Counted from the first letter of the stretch, positions 41,099-55,545 are shown. The stretch: DNA of 64,000 nt from the human T2T-CHM13v2.0 reference genome, Homo sapiens (GCF_009914755.1 NC_060937.1); one strand, 5' to 3'. The notes: generated by a model not told the origin, from the letters alone. A program made the numbers and translations.

Positions 41099-43179
41099 CT
41101 TAAGTGGGTTTACTTTTGACTAAAGATAACATTACTTATCCTTTAATTAAATCCAAAAGTGAGCAATGAAACAGTGAGCGGAGTTGTTAAAAAGATTTTC
41201 AGGTGTTCTGTTGAACCTGAATGCATTTCCATTTGAGCACTTGCATTTATCTCTGAAAACATAGCCACCAGTGAGCTTTAGAACATCTGCTATCAAAACC
41301 ATCAAAACTGAAAGCCTTTCTATTCCATCTCCTACAATTATATTGAAATGGATTGTTGACCATTATTTTCTATCTTCAACACATTTATTTTCATCAGCGA
41401 TTTCCCACCAGCACAGCAGTATGACATTTAATGGAATAGCTATTGTGAAATAATTATGTTTACCATTATAATTCTAGGTCTGCACTGATTTTAATCAAAC
41501 TATTCCAAATAGCTTTTTGATCATAGTTATTATATACAATTTAGAATAATCTGATCAGGTTGGAATAGCTTCTCCTAATTAAACAAGTGTGTACATAAAA
41601 GGTGTATATGAATGGCTGTTTACATTTTAAGGAATAAAAGAAAATCAGACTTACGAATGTCTTATTAAAATGAACAATAATTTGGATTGTGTTAAATCAG
41701 TTCTCTATAACATGTGTGCATTTAAGTATGTATATATATTATAGAAGTGTGTATATGTATCATAGAAGACTAAATATATGGTAAAGATTTCTATAGAGCA
41801 TAATATGTAAAGTAAGAGACTTATATAGAAATGGAAATTCAGAAGGTAAAATTTCCCAAGGAAAAATATTCATTCTAATATATCAATCATGATTTACTAA
41901 GTTGCAAATCTTTTTAAAACAGTCCCAACATTTTAGATCAATTGTTAACCGACAATTGGCTTACACGAGGTGGATTAATTAGTTACTAGCTTCATTTGTG
42001 CTTTCCAAAAGCATGTTTTAGCTTTTATTTGTCATACAACAGAGTTAAGCATGGGCTACCTTGTTTAGAATTCCCTCGTTGCTGCATGTGGAGGTTAATA
42101 CTCATGTCATGAGCACCAAAAGTCTGGTCAGTGTGCATGGGGAATGGACTATTAACATTGTTTCTTCCCTGCTGTTTCTTCTAGGAAAACTGACACGCTT
42201 CACTTTTCTTGATCTCTTTCTACAAAACACACAAATTAAGCAAATATCTGAACACACCAACAAACAAAAGCAATAAACAAACACTTCATTTTGTCATCTT
42301 TATTTTTATGTAGTGTTTATTACATTAAAACACATATGTTATATGTATGTCTTGAACAAGGCACTGGGCTAGACACTGAGTATTGAACAGACAAATAAGT
42401 TATAGTCCCTGCCTGTAAGAAGACTAAAATCTCTTCAGAAAAGTGCAGGTGTCATGCATTCTAATGAAGGACATGGTAGGAAAAAAGCCTGTGAGAGAGA
42501 AGTGTGTTCAGTCAGGCTCTAGGTTATTTCAGTCCTGTCTTTCATGGCTCCTTATTCTTCCCATTGCTTAGGAAAAAAAATCCCTAAGCAGTGTTGCTTG
42601 ACCAGACCTGTGTGCTTGTCCCCAATATGCTCAAGAGAATGATACAGGTACTTTTCTGCCCACCTTGAGATAATCAATTGTCCTGAATGGAAAATCAGTG
42701 CTATGATTGGCAGCCCCATACAGGCAAGCATGTATGTTATACCTCCACGGGAATCAGTAATGAAAGTAATGATGGGCATCAAATATTATGTAGCCTGTCT
42801 TAGCATTTGTGCCTTTGCACACAATAGAGTTAATATGAATCATTTTGGTGTAGAAATTGTGAGAACAAGGTCACTGTGTAAACTGACAAAGAGCTTTCCT
42901 CTCAAGTGACAAGTTGGACTAATTGCCTGGGGCCCCATGCTGAAACTCAACAATATAATGACCAGCGTGTTCCTTATAGTGACTGATATGGCATCTGAGA
43001 TGGAGGAATTCAAAATTGAGTATTTGTTCGTTATCATTTTACAAAGTAGCTTAAATTAAGGATTTTTTAATTAAACAACAAAAATCTCTGTTGATACAAA
43101 TGTTTCCTGGTCCCTTCTAGATTCTTAAACCAAACTTTTTCAATGTAGCCTCGGGCCAAATTTCTTTGAACTAAAAATC

Positions 43180-43294
43180 AGCCAGGTTCAGTGGCTCATG
43201 CCTATAATCCCAGCAATCTGGGAGGCCGAAGTAGAGGGATTGCTTGAGTCTAGGAGTTCAAGACCAGTCTGGGTAACATAGGGAGACCCCGTGT

Positions 43295-43337
<43 letters not shown>

Positions 43338-43503
43338 TCCGCGTGGTGGTGTGCACCAATAATACTAGTTACTTGGAAGGCGGAGGCAAGAAGATGACTT
43401 AAACCCACGACTTCAAGGCTATAGTAAGCTATGATCGCACCATCGCACTCCAGCCTGGGTGACAGAGCAAGACCCTATCTCAAACAAACAAACAAAGAAA
43501 AAG
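43180..43503 (+). mobile_element. AluJ with (CA)n replacing the middle A-rich linker (~43296-43334)
   Basis: ggattgcttgagtctaggag, aggctatagtaagctatgatcgc; direct reading of the CA run. Confidence 0.93.
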
Positions 43504-43915
43504 ACAGGATAAAAGTCACAGAAATGGTCTACACACTAGGAAAAAATGTGACAATTTTTTCATGAACACAGCATTGTCTCCTCTTCAAAGCCCTCCATGT
43601 GCCCCAGCTAACATCTGGTATCAAGTCAATTACGTGGAACAAAGTCTGCTTGCACCATGAGAAAGCTCAGCAGCATTTAGTTTCTACAAGCCATACGAAC
43701 AAATAGCACATTTACAGGAATGCAATTACAAAAAAGCTTTATCTGAGTTAAACTTGGAATTCTCATTAAAATTTTTTTAATTGGTTGTTTTTATTACAAA
43801 TAGTACAGAGTTAAAAATGATAAGATACTAGGACTTTGGTTAACAGCTCTGTAATGGAGTTTATAATATTTGGAAAACTGCCTGTAAACAGAATTTCTCT
43901 ACATGTGGGATTTGA

Positions 43916-44229
<314 letters not shown>

Positions 44230-44479
44230 CCCGTTAAATTTTAAATAAGAATTTTGCTCTAAATCTTTTTACTTAATTTACATATCTTGATGCATTTGCT
44301 TGGAGAGCTATATTCCCTAAAAGAAGTAAGATCTTCAGCAGTAATATATCATATTGTGACCCAGAACTCTTTAGCTTAATGATAATGATAGGATTTTAAA
44401 ATTTAATGCTCCATTCTATGTCATTTTACACCTTAACAATAAAAATATTATTCATATCTAGAATGCAAACACTGATAGT

Positions 44480-44730
44480 TGATATTTATCGTGAACTTAT
44501 TAGATGCCAAGTACTAGTTTACCAATTATATGTGTTTTAAATCTTGGAACCCTTACAGCAATCCTGTGAAGTAAGTGTTATCATCATAATTATTACCTGT
44601 GTTTTAGAGATGAGGAAACTGAGGCATGGAAAGTTTAGAGGGCATGTCCAAGATCACACGTTAAGTGGCAGAGCCACCGACTGGACTCAGGTAGTCTTAT
44701 TACACATTTGAGCTCATGCCTCCCATAACA
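44480..44730 (-). mobile_element. MIR
   Basis: ttacagcaatcctgtgaagtaag...ttttagagatgaggaaactgaggc...ccaagatcacac. Confidence 0.75.
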
Positions 44731-46025
44731 ACAACAACAAATCAACAGAAAATAATCAGCTCCAACACACCCACAGCATTGCTTAGAAAATGGGCTCCCT
44801 GATTCAAATGGCTTTAATTGCAAAAGGCACTATAGCAACCACAATGATCCTCTTGGAAGAGTTAGTTCTTCTAGGATCAACATAGGCAGCAAGCCTAGCT
44901 GTAAAGCAGCCCACAGATTAAATAAATTCTATGGGAAAAAAAAAAAAAAAACCTGAGACTGATAAAGTTAGTCCATAGGTTTGAACCATGAAATAATCCA
45001 AAGTAAGTATGACTGATCTGAATATGGAAATGTACTGTGTTCAGTTAGCAAAATAAAAGTGGCATATTCTTCTCCATGTTTATCTTAACTAGCTCATATG
45101 TATTTGATGTATGCCAGATAAAAAGAAAACAATGATCCAGAGCTATGCCCTGCCTCTCTCCCATACTTGGCTAATGGACCAGTCATGGAGTTTTTATCAA
45201 GACGGGGAGAAAACCTGGGACATTAGATTACTTAGTCGAACAATATTTACGAACTTTGTGACAGTGATAAGAGCCTGAAACTAGGCCATACTGCTCTTTA
45301 TATTTTAGAAACAGCAATGAGGTCACTTTTAAACTATGCTAAAGTTTGGCTACTAATGTGGTGTGGTTGCTTCATTATGCTCTTAAACAGCCACACCAGC
45401 CATTCCTTCAGCACTGTCTATTGGGCACTCTATAAAAATCCCAACTTTTGTTTTTCCAGTGATCACAATATATTCATGCTGAAGCAACCTCATTTCAGAC
45501 ATCTATCCCTCTTGGCAACCAAAACAAGATAACTGACAAGGATTAAAAGCCAAAATTTATGACTAAATAGTGTTTATTGACTTTGCACAACTAACTGCAA
45601 ACTTATCTCATAGAGATATACTCCGGACAAGCAAATAAAATTACTTGAGCAAAAGTATCTCGAAACTACACATAGTTGTCCAGGCTGTAGATTATTCCAT
45701 AATAAAATATATGCAACCAAGTTGTTTGGTCATATGCCTGATGTGTCCCAAATAAGTCTGGACTCTGGTAATTTTTAAACTTAGATGAGGAATCCCTACA
45801 AAGAAATGGACTTAAGCTTGGTGCAACCCAAGGAACTTGTTCTGGACTGTCAACACCTTGAATTTGTAGGTGAAACATACATCCTAGTTCTTGTTTACTT
45901 TCCAGGCATAATAATTAATAACTCCTCATTTTACTCTCAAAATGTCTTTGTTTGAATGAATTGTAGTCATGACACATCAGTACCCTTCAAGTCTGATAAC
46001 ACAAACCTTGTGAAATTTATAGATC

Positions 46026-46489
46026 TTGTACTATTGTGTTATTGTCTTTTAGGGCCATAAGTTAGATCACATCCTTCAAGTGGGTAAGGCTTTGTCTGAA
46101 AAGAATGATGGTCTCATTGCCAATCAATGAAAAGGATGAGCCTTGAGATAAAACATGGTGACACAGGAGGTGGGCCTCAGTCCAGGGTGATGGAGGAGAA
46201 AAGCGCTCAGCCTAGGACTGGGATTTCAGGTGGCCTCAGACACTGAAGTTCTGAGAAGTCCTTGTGAGGGAAAGTGGACCGTCCCAGCTGAAATCCCAGT
46301 CCTAGGCTGAGTACTTTTCTCCTCCATCGCCCTGGCCTGAGGCCCACCTCCTGTGTCACCATGTTTTATCTCGGGACTCATCCTTTTCATTGATTGGCAA
46401 TGAGACCATCATTCTTTTCAGACAAAGCCTTACCCACTTGAAGGATGTGATCTAACTTATGGCCCTAAGACAATAACACAATAGTACAA
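46026..46489. repeat. Long inverted repeat: arms 46026-46233 and 46284-46489, 50-nt spacer
   Basis: Base-by-base reverse-complement match; about 8 substitutions plus one 2-bp indel over ~206 bp; arms are not Alu or L1. Confidence 0.97.
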
Positions 46490-47099
46490 TTTCTATGACA
46501 GTCCAGAACAAGTTGCCTGGGAAACATGGAAAACAGTGCAGAGCTGGATCCTGCCATCCAAGGCCAGAGTGGCAACACAGGAGTGGCCCACAGGGAGAGG
46601 CAGTGTGGTGAGGTGTCAGTCCATCCAATGCCTCAGCCACCGAGGAGGCCCTCAGTGTCCTGAACAGGACAGAGGAGAGGACACCAGGTACTTCCTCCTG
46701 AACAGAAGGAGCTGGGCAAATTAAAGGGTGCTCATTTCTAGCAATAAATGTGCCATTAAGTGAAGCAAAGTTATTGTGCAACATGGGAGTTGTTCACAAA
46801 TTGTTAGCAGCTTACATAACTGATCACAACTGGTATTGTTTTCATACAGTAAAACCGTGTTTTAGTGTTTCAGTTCTTACTTTATAATTGCTTTGGGATC
46901 TATGATCAAATGTAAAAGCTATGAGTTTTCTGAGTACTGTGTGCTTTTTATTTATCACTATGCACATTTTAAAGCAAAAGTGGTTTGTATTGCCTAATAT
47001 GTAAAATTCCCTTTGATGGTCTTGCTACAAGTTCCATGTAAACAATGTATTCCAACATCCCTGTGGTCTTTTTTGAAGGCAGAGATGGTTGCCCTTGTC

Positions 47100-47500
<401 letters not shown>

Positions 47501-48089
47501 TTATTAATCCAAAGAATGTGTCCCCATTCATCGCCTCATATGTCCTATGAGCAATGCTCCACGGATGACTGCTGTGGAGGGGGGGATGGCATGGAAGAGA
47601 TAATGCTAGTTAAGGATGGAAGGAGAGGGACTTAGAATAGGCTCTTAATTCCTAGAATCAGAGGGCACTGGGCAGAGGAGTGAGAAAATCAAAGAGTAGT
47701 CAGTTATGTGAAGAAACGAGGAAAGACCAAGATGTTTCTATCCCAAGAAGCTTTCAGCAGCTTTCAGCAGCTTGATGCTGCAGGCTGGAGAGCTATGGGA
47801 ACAAATTCACCCACTCAACCCCTCCCCTGCCAGCCTGCTACAAACCAAGCCAGGGCAGGAACGGCATGCCTTCCAGGGGTGCCTGATATACCAGATATTT
47901 TCATTGTCATGTAATTGTTTTGCATGAAACACAGTGGATTGAAAATATCACATAAATGTCATTACGTACAAGCCTTCGTGTAACATCAAGTTTATGGTGG
48001 CAGCTTTAGGTCAAACTCTTCAAGACCCCCCCCCCCCCCTTACAGCAGTAAGTCATCCGTGTTTGGTGCTTTGGTGGAAAATGGTGACA

Positions 48090-48300
48090 GAGTAGTAAGA
48101 TTTGGAGAATCTTATTAGTTGTGTGGCCTTGGGCAAGCCCTCCATCTGTGCTCATTTATAATGGGGATAATAATGGGGTCTTTGAAAAGTTGTTCAAAAA
48201 AGTTGTAAAAGTTAAAACTTGTACTAGACATAAATAAAATGACTACCCAATACAGTATCTGGTATATAGCAGATACTCAATAATGTTAACTAATTTTGCT
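48090..48300 (+). mobile_element. MIR relic
   Basis: tagttgtgtggccttgggcaag...ctcatttataatggggataataat...tacagtatctggtatatagcagatactcaata. Confidence 0.65.
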
Positions 48301-48794
48301 ATTATATTTAACCAAAACAGACTCAGTGCTTTCTGTGTACTAGGCACAATGTTTGATGTTGGATCATTTCAGATGCAAAAGAAATGTGTGCCTAAGCCAC
48401 CCAGGGATTTTCATATTTTTCTCCCCAACTTTTACTTCAAAAAGAAACAAAGTGTATCATTCCATTATTTTAGAGATAAAAGGCTGAAAACTACCTGTAA
48501 AAGGTAACAGACTGCTATGAAGGAAGTCCAGTGTGCATGTGATTTATCATTACCTATGCTGATAAGGGGAGTGAGAAAATAGGAAAATCCAAGGTATTTA
48601 AAGAAAGACAGCTGATACCTCTAAATAGGGATAAAGTAGCAGAACCTGAACTTAATAAAACCTCAAGATGAATATGAAAGAGGTCACAATTTTTTGAGGA
48701 GACTCCCTGACCCTTTAGCAGAAACTCTGCCCCCAGTACTCAATCTATAAACTGGGTTATGAGAAAATTCAAGAATAGAAACTGACAACATGCC

Positions 48795-49210
48795 TTGTTG
48801 TATTGTCGTATTACTTCGGCAAAAAGTGATAGAAACTAAACTCAAACCCAAATTAACCTAAGCATACTAAGAATGTATTGTGTTACCAAATCCAAGGATG
48901 AATTAAATGACCAAAAAAAGAAAAGTGGGGTTATAGGAAGAGCAGACAGCTGCATCCTCACAACAGAAACCAGAGGCATTAATGCCACCAAAATTTTCTT
49001 TCCCATTCTTAACTCACCACCAACATTTGACAGTAAACATGGCTACCAATAGTTTTTCAGAAAATATATTGTAGGGCTTCCTCTACTAGAAATAGACCTA
49101 CTCTCTTTATCAGCACTAGTTTCAGAAATCCCAGGGGAGGATTCTAGTTGGCTTGGTTTGGACAGGGAGTCTATTCCTGGCCCAATCAACTTTGGTCACC
49201 CAGGAAAATG
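48795..49210 (-). mobile_element. Old MLT1 (J/K/L-like) LTR relic
   Basis: aagtgatagaaac...aatgtattg...aaatcccaggggaggattctagttggcttgg...cctggcccaatcaac. Confidence 0.5.
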
Positions 49211-49791
49211 GACGTGTTGAATGAAGGCAGTGACTGTTTCAGAGACACGAAACAGAACTGGTTGTACACCCAGTAGATGTTCAGTGGAGCCATGAGTTCA
49301 AGAGCCATTTCTATCTGGGCCTTTTCTATGAGGGTCAGTTACTGCTACGTTAAACAAGACAGTTTTCTCTTTCATGTAGCTTTCTAGTGATACTTATCAG
49401 TACAAAAACAAGAAACAGTTTATGAACGAATGCAGCAATTTAGAAGAGTTTTTAAAACAGATTTCAAGACGAGAAAATGCATTTGTGGAAAATGTACTTA
49501 CTTTTTCTCAAAGAATAACAGCATTTTGCTGGACAAAAGGAACCTGAAAATCATGAGGAGTTATACTATTGTAATTTCAGAAGTTTCTCTAGCTAGATAA
49601 CTGCTAGGGTTATTTCTCCAATACATAATTGTGATGCATTTGGAAAACATATTAAGCTCAATTACATAGGATTTTTCTTTAAGTATAGGTATGAGTTAAC
49701 ACTATTTAGTTATTTGGATGCTGAATCATAATGTACCGAAAGAAAAAAAGAGGCAGCTTTCTCTGACTTACTGCATAAATTTATGCATCTA

Positions 49792-49805
49792 CCACTAGAG
49801 GGCAC
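49792..49805 (+). promoter_or_regulatory. CTCF core motif CCACTAGAGGGCAC
   Basis: Close match to the CTCF core (CCAC/G-YAG-RGGGC-RC) in repeat-free sequence; motif only. Confidence 0.6.
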
Positions 49806-52000
49806 AAATAAGGCTGTTTTCTGGGAAAAGGTTTTGAAAATGACAAAATTCCATATTTTGGAACGGTGACTGAGTTAAGATATGTAGATATGCATGTTTT
49901 CTTTAAATCTGAGAAGAAAAATCAAAACATACTCATACTTCACCGTGTACCATTTTGTTCTCTTCCCTCTTTCTCTCAAAAATAAAGTACACATGCATGA
50001 GGGAAATAAGAAATATCAATGGTTCATAAGATTTTAGACACAAATAATAAAAATTAAATGGCTACCAAGAAATAGACTAGCACATAAAAATACTGCTACA
50101 GCAACATGGCAAAATGCCACAAATTAGCAAAAGTATTCATATTTGTCTACACCACACTTACAATCTTTGGAGTGATTTTCTCCTAAATCATCAAGCACAA
50201 TACAGTTCACAAAACTGATCCCAAATCTTGCAAATATTAGATATATATTGCATCTTTTCTTAACAAATGTAGCACTGTGGTAAAAATAGGATATGATTTG
50301 GTTGCATTTTCACACAATACTGTGCTTGAGTCATGCTCGCAGAATACCTCCATCTGCAACAGCTGTTTTACTCCTTAAAAAAAAAAATGGAAAAGGAAAA
50401 AACCCAACTTCTCCAGAATAAGCAAACAGTCCCTAATCTTGTCACCCTGGATGTCTGACAAGTACTAATAACTATGACTAGGTTTTGATAACTTCCTTGA
50501 TTTGTTTTCAGGGTTATTATTATTTTGCTGGAAAAGGGCCTTGTGAGAGCCAATGATTGTATTGGAAATAAAGCCAAAACAAAGTTCAAAGCTTGCTGAG
50601 ATGCCTCTAAGGTAGAAAGGGTAGCAAGGTGAATGGCATGATGAGGAAAGTGAAAATGCTGTCGCAAATTGGATAAAAGTGATGAGTTGGTAGCTTCCAT
50701 ACCTTTCACACCTTGATGTTTCCCATCACTAATTCACAGTAGCATCAAGAATGTATCAAAATGTAGCTTGTCTTCACTTTATTAAAATTTCTCTAAAACA
50801 CAAATTTTGAATGTTATAAACAAGGAGTTAATAGATGTTCATTCAATCACTCAGCTTAGTCCCTTCCAATGTTTCCTTTAAAAACAACATACGCTTTTAT
50901 TCTCTTTTTAAAAAATGCTCTACTAAAATCTACACACCTTCTGCACCTTCTATAAACATTTTGCTCTAGTCCAATCCTGTTTCCTTTCCTGCTTCAGGTT
51001 TTGTCATTTTCCTCCTGATGCCAACTTGAGATTCCACCATGGTTTATCCCCATACATGGCTGAATCCACAGAAAATGGCAATTATGACACAGATACCCAC
51101 TTATCCTCCCAGTGATGGTCATGCATGTAGCAATAAGAATCCTTTTTAAGAAACAGCACGTCTCAATCTGAGCCAGAGGGTAGAGTTTCCTCTACAAAAT
51201 ACTTTCAAATGCTTTGTCCTCTAGAATTTCTTGATTATTAATGGTTTTCACAAGTATGGGGGGTTAGGTGGGCCACAAACTGCTTCCAGGTGGCAAAATA
51301 ACTATTAACCCTTCTACTCAGATTTAAAAAAAAATGTGTGTGTGTTTATGCATGCTATGTGCTTATGTAATATATTAAATGCAAATATGTATTAGTACAT
51401 ATAAAACTTCCTAATTAACACCAACAAAGCCTTCAAGAGTAAAACTGAGGGGTATGGTGAACATTTTGAAACTAATTATGACCCTCTACTAAAATATTGC
51501 CAATTCATTCTCCCTGAGGGGAAAAAAATACACACTTGTTTTTCGTCTTGTGCATTAATAGTCTAAGAAATTGACCTATTGAGTAGAAATCAAAGGAAGT
51601 TTATATCTGCCCAGTAATTTCTGGATTTGAGAATCAGTTATTCAAGCTTTAACCCATGTTTCTACTGACTTGATAGAGTCAAATTGACTTCAAAATTAAT
51701 TTAACCCCGAAGACACTATGTTTCAGACCTCTATCTAAAATACATATATAAAGAAATACACAAATTAAAACCGTTGCTTCCTTTTGGTGGAGTGGATCTT
51801 CCAGAGCCTGGGGGATGTTTGTACCTCCTCTCTCTTGGCTGTCACACCTTGAGCATTTGAGTTTACAGATTCCATAGAATCACTTAGGTCCTCTAAGTTA
51901 CCAATATTATTATACAGTTTCCTACAAAGTAGAAGTGGTCCAGATTATCATGAGAAATGCCCTCAAATTTTAAAGCCAAAATATGACACAGCACGCATAT

Positions 52001-52199
52001 TATTTTACTTATTTTAGAGACAGGGTTTCTCTCTGTTGCCCCGGCTGGAATGCAGTGGTGCAATTATAGCTCACTATAGCCTTAACCTCCTGGGCTCCAG
52101 TGGTCCTCCCACCTCAGCCTACTGAGTAGCTGGAAATACAAGTGCACACCACTGTACCTGGCTAATATATATCTATGGCATGAGCTACTGTATCTGGCC
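52001..52199 (-). mobile_element. AluJ with most of the left arm deleted
   Basis: Antisense right arm to cctggctaat, then directly ggcatgagctactgtatctggcc (the Alu 5' end). Confidence 0.88.
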
Positions 52200-52393
52200 C
52201 GCCATGCATAGTAAGATTAAAAAATTTTTAAAAATCCACACCAAGCATATGTTACAACCTAATCTCTGAACAGTTCTACTGCTTCCATCTTCTCCATGAT
52301 TTTCCTTCAAAAACTTTTGATTAGATCAGGATTTTTACACTGAACTGCTTATCCAAAAGAAATAAATGGAAGTACATAAAAATGATTACAGTA

Positions 52394-52501
52394 AAATCAA
52401 TGATTTACTTTATAAATAGCTATCATATATACATTTACATCAAATTTATATTAAATGTATTATAGTATATGATAGCTATTTATAAAGTAAATTATTGATT
52501 T
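52394..52501. repeat. AT-rich inverted repeat: 36-bp arms plus an inner 8-bp stem
   Basis: 52394-52429 vs 52466-52501 with one mismatch; tacattta (52430-52437) pairs with taaatgta (52452-52459). Confidence 0.93.
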
Positions 52502-53039
52502 AATATAAGTGTGTTATATATGATAGTTATATATAAATAAAAGAGAATAGAGTCCATATTTACACAAAACTTTGAAATAATTATAGTCCTTCTGTCATTC
52601 TCCTAGCTTATTTATGTAGTACATCTGAGTTGTAGAAAATTGGAAAAATCATGAATCATTCAAATAATTGTGAATGGTAATTGAACAGTTTTCCTTGCAA
52701 TATTCTTGAATTGCATTGATCCCAGAGTCCAAGAGAAGACTGACAGGAGCTTGATGCCATGCAACACAAAGCTTAAGTCATCAAAAGTACATGTATTTCA
52801 AATAATTTTCATCTAAAAGAACATCACATAAACACAAATGCAACAGATTCTAAAACTATGATCTAAATCAGAAAAGGTAAATCATTTTAAAAATGAATAC
52901 GTTTCTATTTATCTGCCCACTTATATATTTATTTTTAAGCAAAATGAATATATAAAGACTACCAGGTAATTCTTCCGTAATATTTGAAAAATAAATCCCT
53001 AAATAAACATCCCTGGATTTTGTTATGCTATCTGACTAA

Positions 53040-53530
53040 TGTGATGGGTGATTTGGGTTGCCAACAGTTATTATTTTCTTTCTTCAATTTTAACAGAACC
53101 TCGATGTTGTTCAAAGTATTGTGGGTAGGCATATGAATCCTCCATTTGGAGGAGGTTGAGCCCTCCTTAGCACTTCTATGTGATTTCTAATTAAGTTATG
53201 ACAATCATGGCAATTGGGTTTTTTTGGCAATGATTGATTTAGAAATCGGCATGAGACTCAATTCTAGCCAATGAACTATATAAGTTCTACTAGAAAAGGA
53301 GGGTGTTTTGGGCATTGTTGGGTGACGTCTGGATCTGCTAAAGCTGTCTTGCACCCATAGGGCTGAAGCCAACATACCCATGGTGGCAGAGTGGTAAGAT
53401 GGAAAAAACAGAACCTAGATGAATGTCATTATGCTGCTGAATTAACCAACACTAGAATTTCCCTTCCTCCAGGCTTTTAATTTATATTTAAGAACATTTT
53501 AGCTGGGTTTTCTGGTTTCTCGTACTGACT
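53040..53530 (+). mobile_element. Old MLT1 (I/J-like) LTR relic
   Basis: tgattgatttagaaatcggcatgagactcaattctagccaatga...ggcagagtggtaagatggaaaaaac...tagctgggttttctg. Confidence 0.6.
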
Positions 53531-55379
53531 TATGTTAAATCATATAATCCATGCCTATTTTAAATATGCACTTTCCTTCAGTGTACCAGTTACACCTGTT
53601 AATGATAGTCTTTATATTGCAAAATCACTGTAGTTGTTATGCTGCATAGCAATAGCAAAAGTGATATATATGCCTTTTCCCCAACAGCTATGTTAGGCCC
53701 CCAAACCACCTTAGGAAATATCAGTAGATTAATAAAATTAACCAGTGCATTGGTTATCTTTATGCATTTAGCACAGAAATCCTCCTACAGGGAGAGAGAG
53801 TATTTAGAGAAGTATATAAACATTATTTTATTTGAGTGCAAGAGATATGAAATCCATTTACTATGAAAGAAACAAACCAGACTACATCCTTGCAAAATCA
53901 TTCCTATTTATTTTTCAATAGCATTCTACTTAAGCTCCAAAGATTGTGCATTAGGAGAAAACAGTGAGTATATCAGAGAAGAGCAGATCCAACCTATTAG
54001 CACTCTGATAAGCAAAGCAAATTACTGAGGACAATTACCCAGGAACTTTTATATTCTGCAAGCCTTGTTCTTGTGATTCATAAAACTCTTCCTGGTTGCT
54101 TGTACAAAGTCACTTCACAATGACTATCAGTGTCAGTTGGGGAAAAAAAGTTTTGTTCTATTTTACCCTTCTCAGTGTAACATGTAATTTACACGCAGTA
54201 CATGTTACCTTAGATTGATGCTAGTGGCTCTTGGTAGGACCTTGAAGAAGTCACTAGCTGATGAAGGTCAGTGTTGATTTTGGTGGCTGACAAATTATTT
54301 TGTGGGATGAGCAACAAAGTCACATTCATTTTAAGGTAAGCATTAGTATAGCATGACAATGTCATTAGCTCATGGGTTTACAGAAATAAAAGTGGCCCCT
54401 TTTTATGTTTGACATGTGCAAGAGAACTTAAATACAGCAATATGTCATTACTTTCCTAATTCGTTCAACCAATACTTTTGAAGCTGCCTTTATAACAATA
54501 TTACAGAGTAATAAATACCGTAGCTAGAAGACACTCTTTTCCATGGTCTTTGTAAGTGGGAAAATGGAAGCCCAATGAGATAAAGAAATTTACACTAGTA
54601 CAGGTATTTAGTGTCAGCAACAGAACTCAATTCTGAATCTCTTAACATCTAGGCCACCACTCTTTCAACTACATCATGATACTTAGATAATATAAAAATC
54701 CTCCAAAAAACTGCCTGTGTTTAATTAAACCAAGAAAAAGCATGAGTTTCAAACGATAAAAATATACATTTTTTCCAACCAGCCCTGGTAATCAGACACA
54801 TTCATGAAGACCACTAATGAGAACGAATTGTATGAAACACAGGGAAGACATCACATAAAATAACAGGGCCCATGAGGGAAAAGAATAAAGTCTGAAGTGC
54901 TGATAGAAACTTAGTGATCAATCCTTGGTTCCATTTTAGCTTCTGCCAGTGGCTGGCAGCCTATATTATGACATCAAAAGAGTTATCAGTGATGCTCATT
55001 GATGGAAGCTCTTTTAATAAATAAATAGCATCCACTAGTAGCCCCACAGAATATATTATGGTACAATTTAGTGGTTATAAAGTATTTTGTTGAATTATTT
55101 TAGGCCACCCTTGGAAAAATATTTATTGAAAATATTTATAGAAAGAACCTTACTTGTGTCTAGTCAAGACCCTTTGCTAGCAGATGGGGAAAGTGAGAAT
55201 CAGACTGAAGTGACTGACCCAGGGAGCCTGGAAGCAATTGATAGGATTCAAATTCTGGTTTTCTGAACTCTTTGTCCAAATTGATTCTGTCCTGAATTTG
55301 ACCAGGTAAGATTCATGGGCTTGTTACGAAGGCAGTCCAGGCCTTCTGAATATGCAGGTGTATGTGTTCATAGTGCAGG

Positions 55380-55545
55380 CCATTTATTCAGCATTTCCAT
55401 ATGCCTGACACTGGTGGAGAATGCAATGCACAGATGAATAAAGCATGCCTACTTTCCAAGAGCTTATGTGACACAAGGAAGGCAGACAAACATATTTCAT
55501 TGTCATGTGTTAAATATTGTGACAGTGCAGAGATACAAAAGATTA
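55380..55545 (-). mobile_element. L2 3' relic
   Basis: catttattcagcatttccatatgcctgacactg...cagatgaataaagcatgcctactttccaagagctta. Confidence 0.55.

Noticed and set aside
54177-54209. 10-bp inverted repeat gtaacatgta...tacatgttac, p53-like CATG cores
   Set aside because: Too short, and neither half fits RRRCWWGYYY
54258-54295. CTGATGA followed by a gtcag...ctgac stem
   Set aside because: The stem is offset from the core and the invariant G of GAAA is missing
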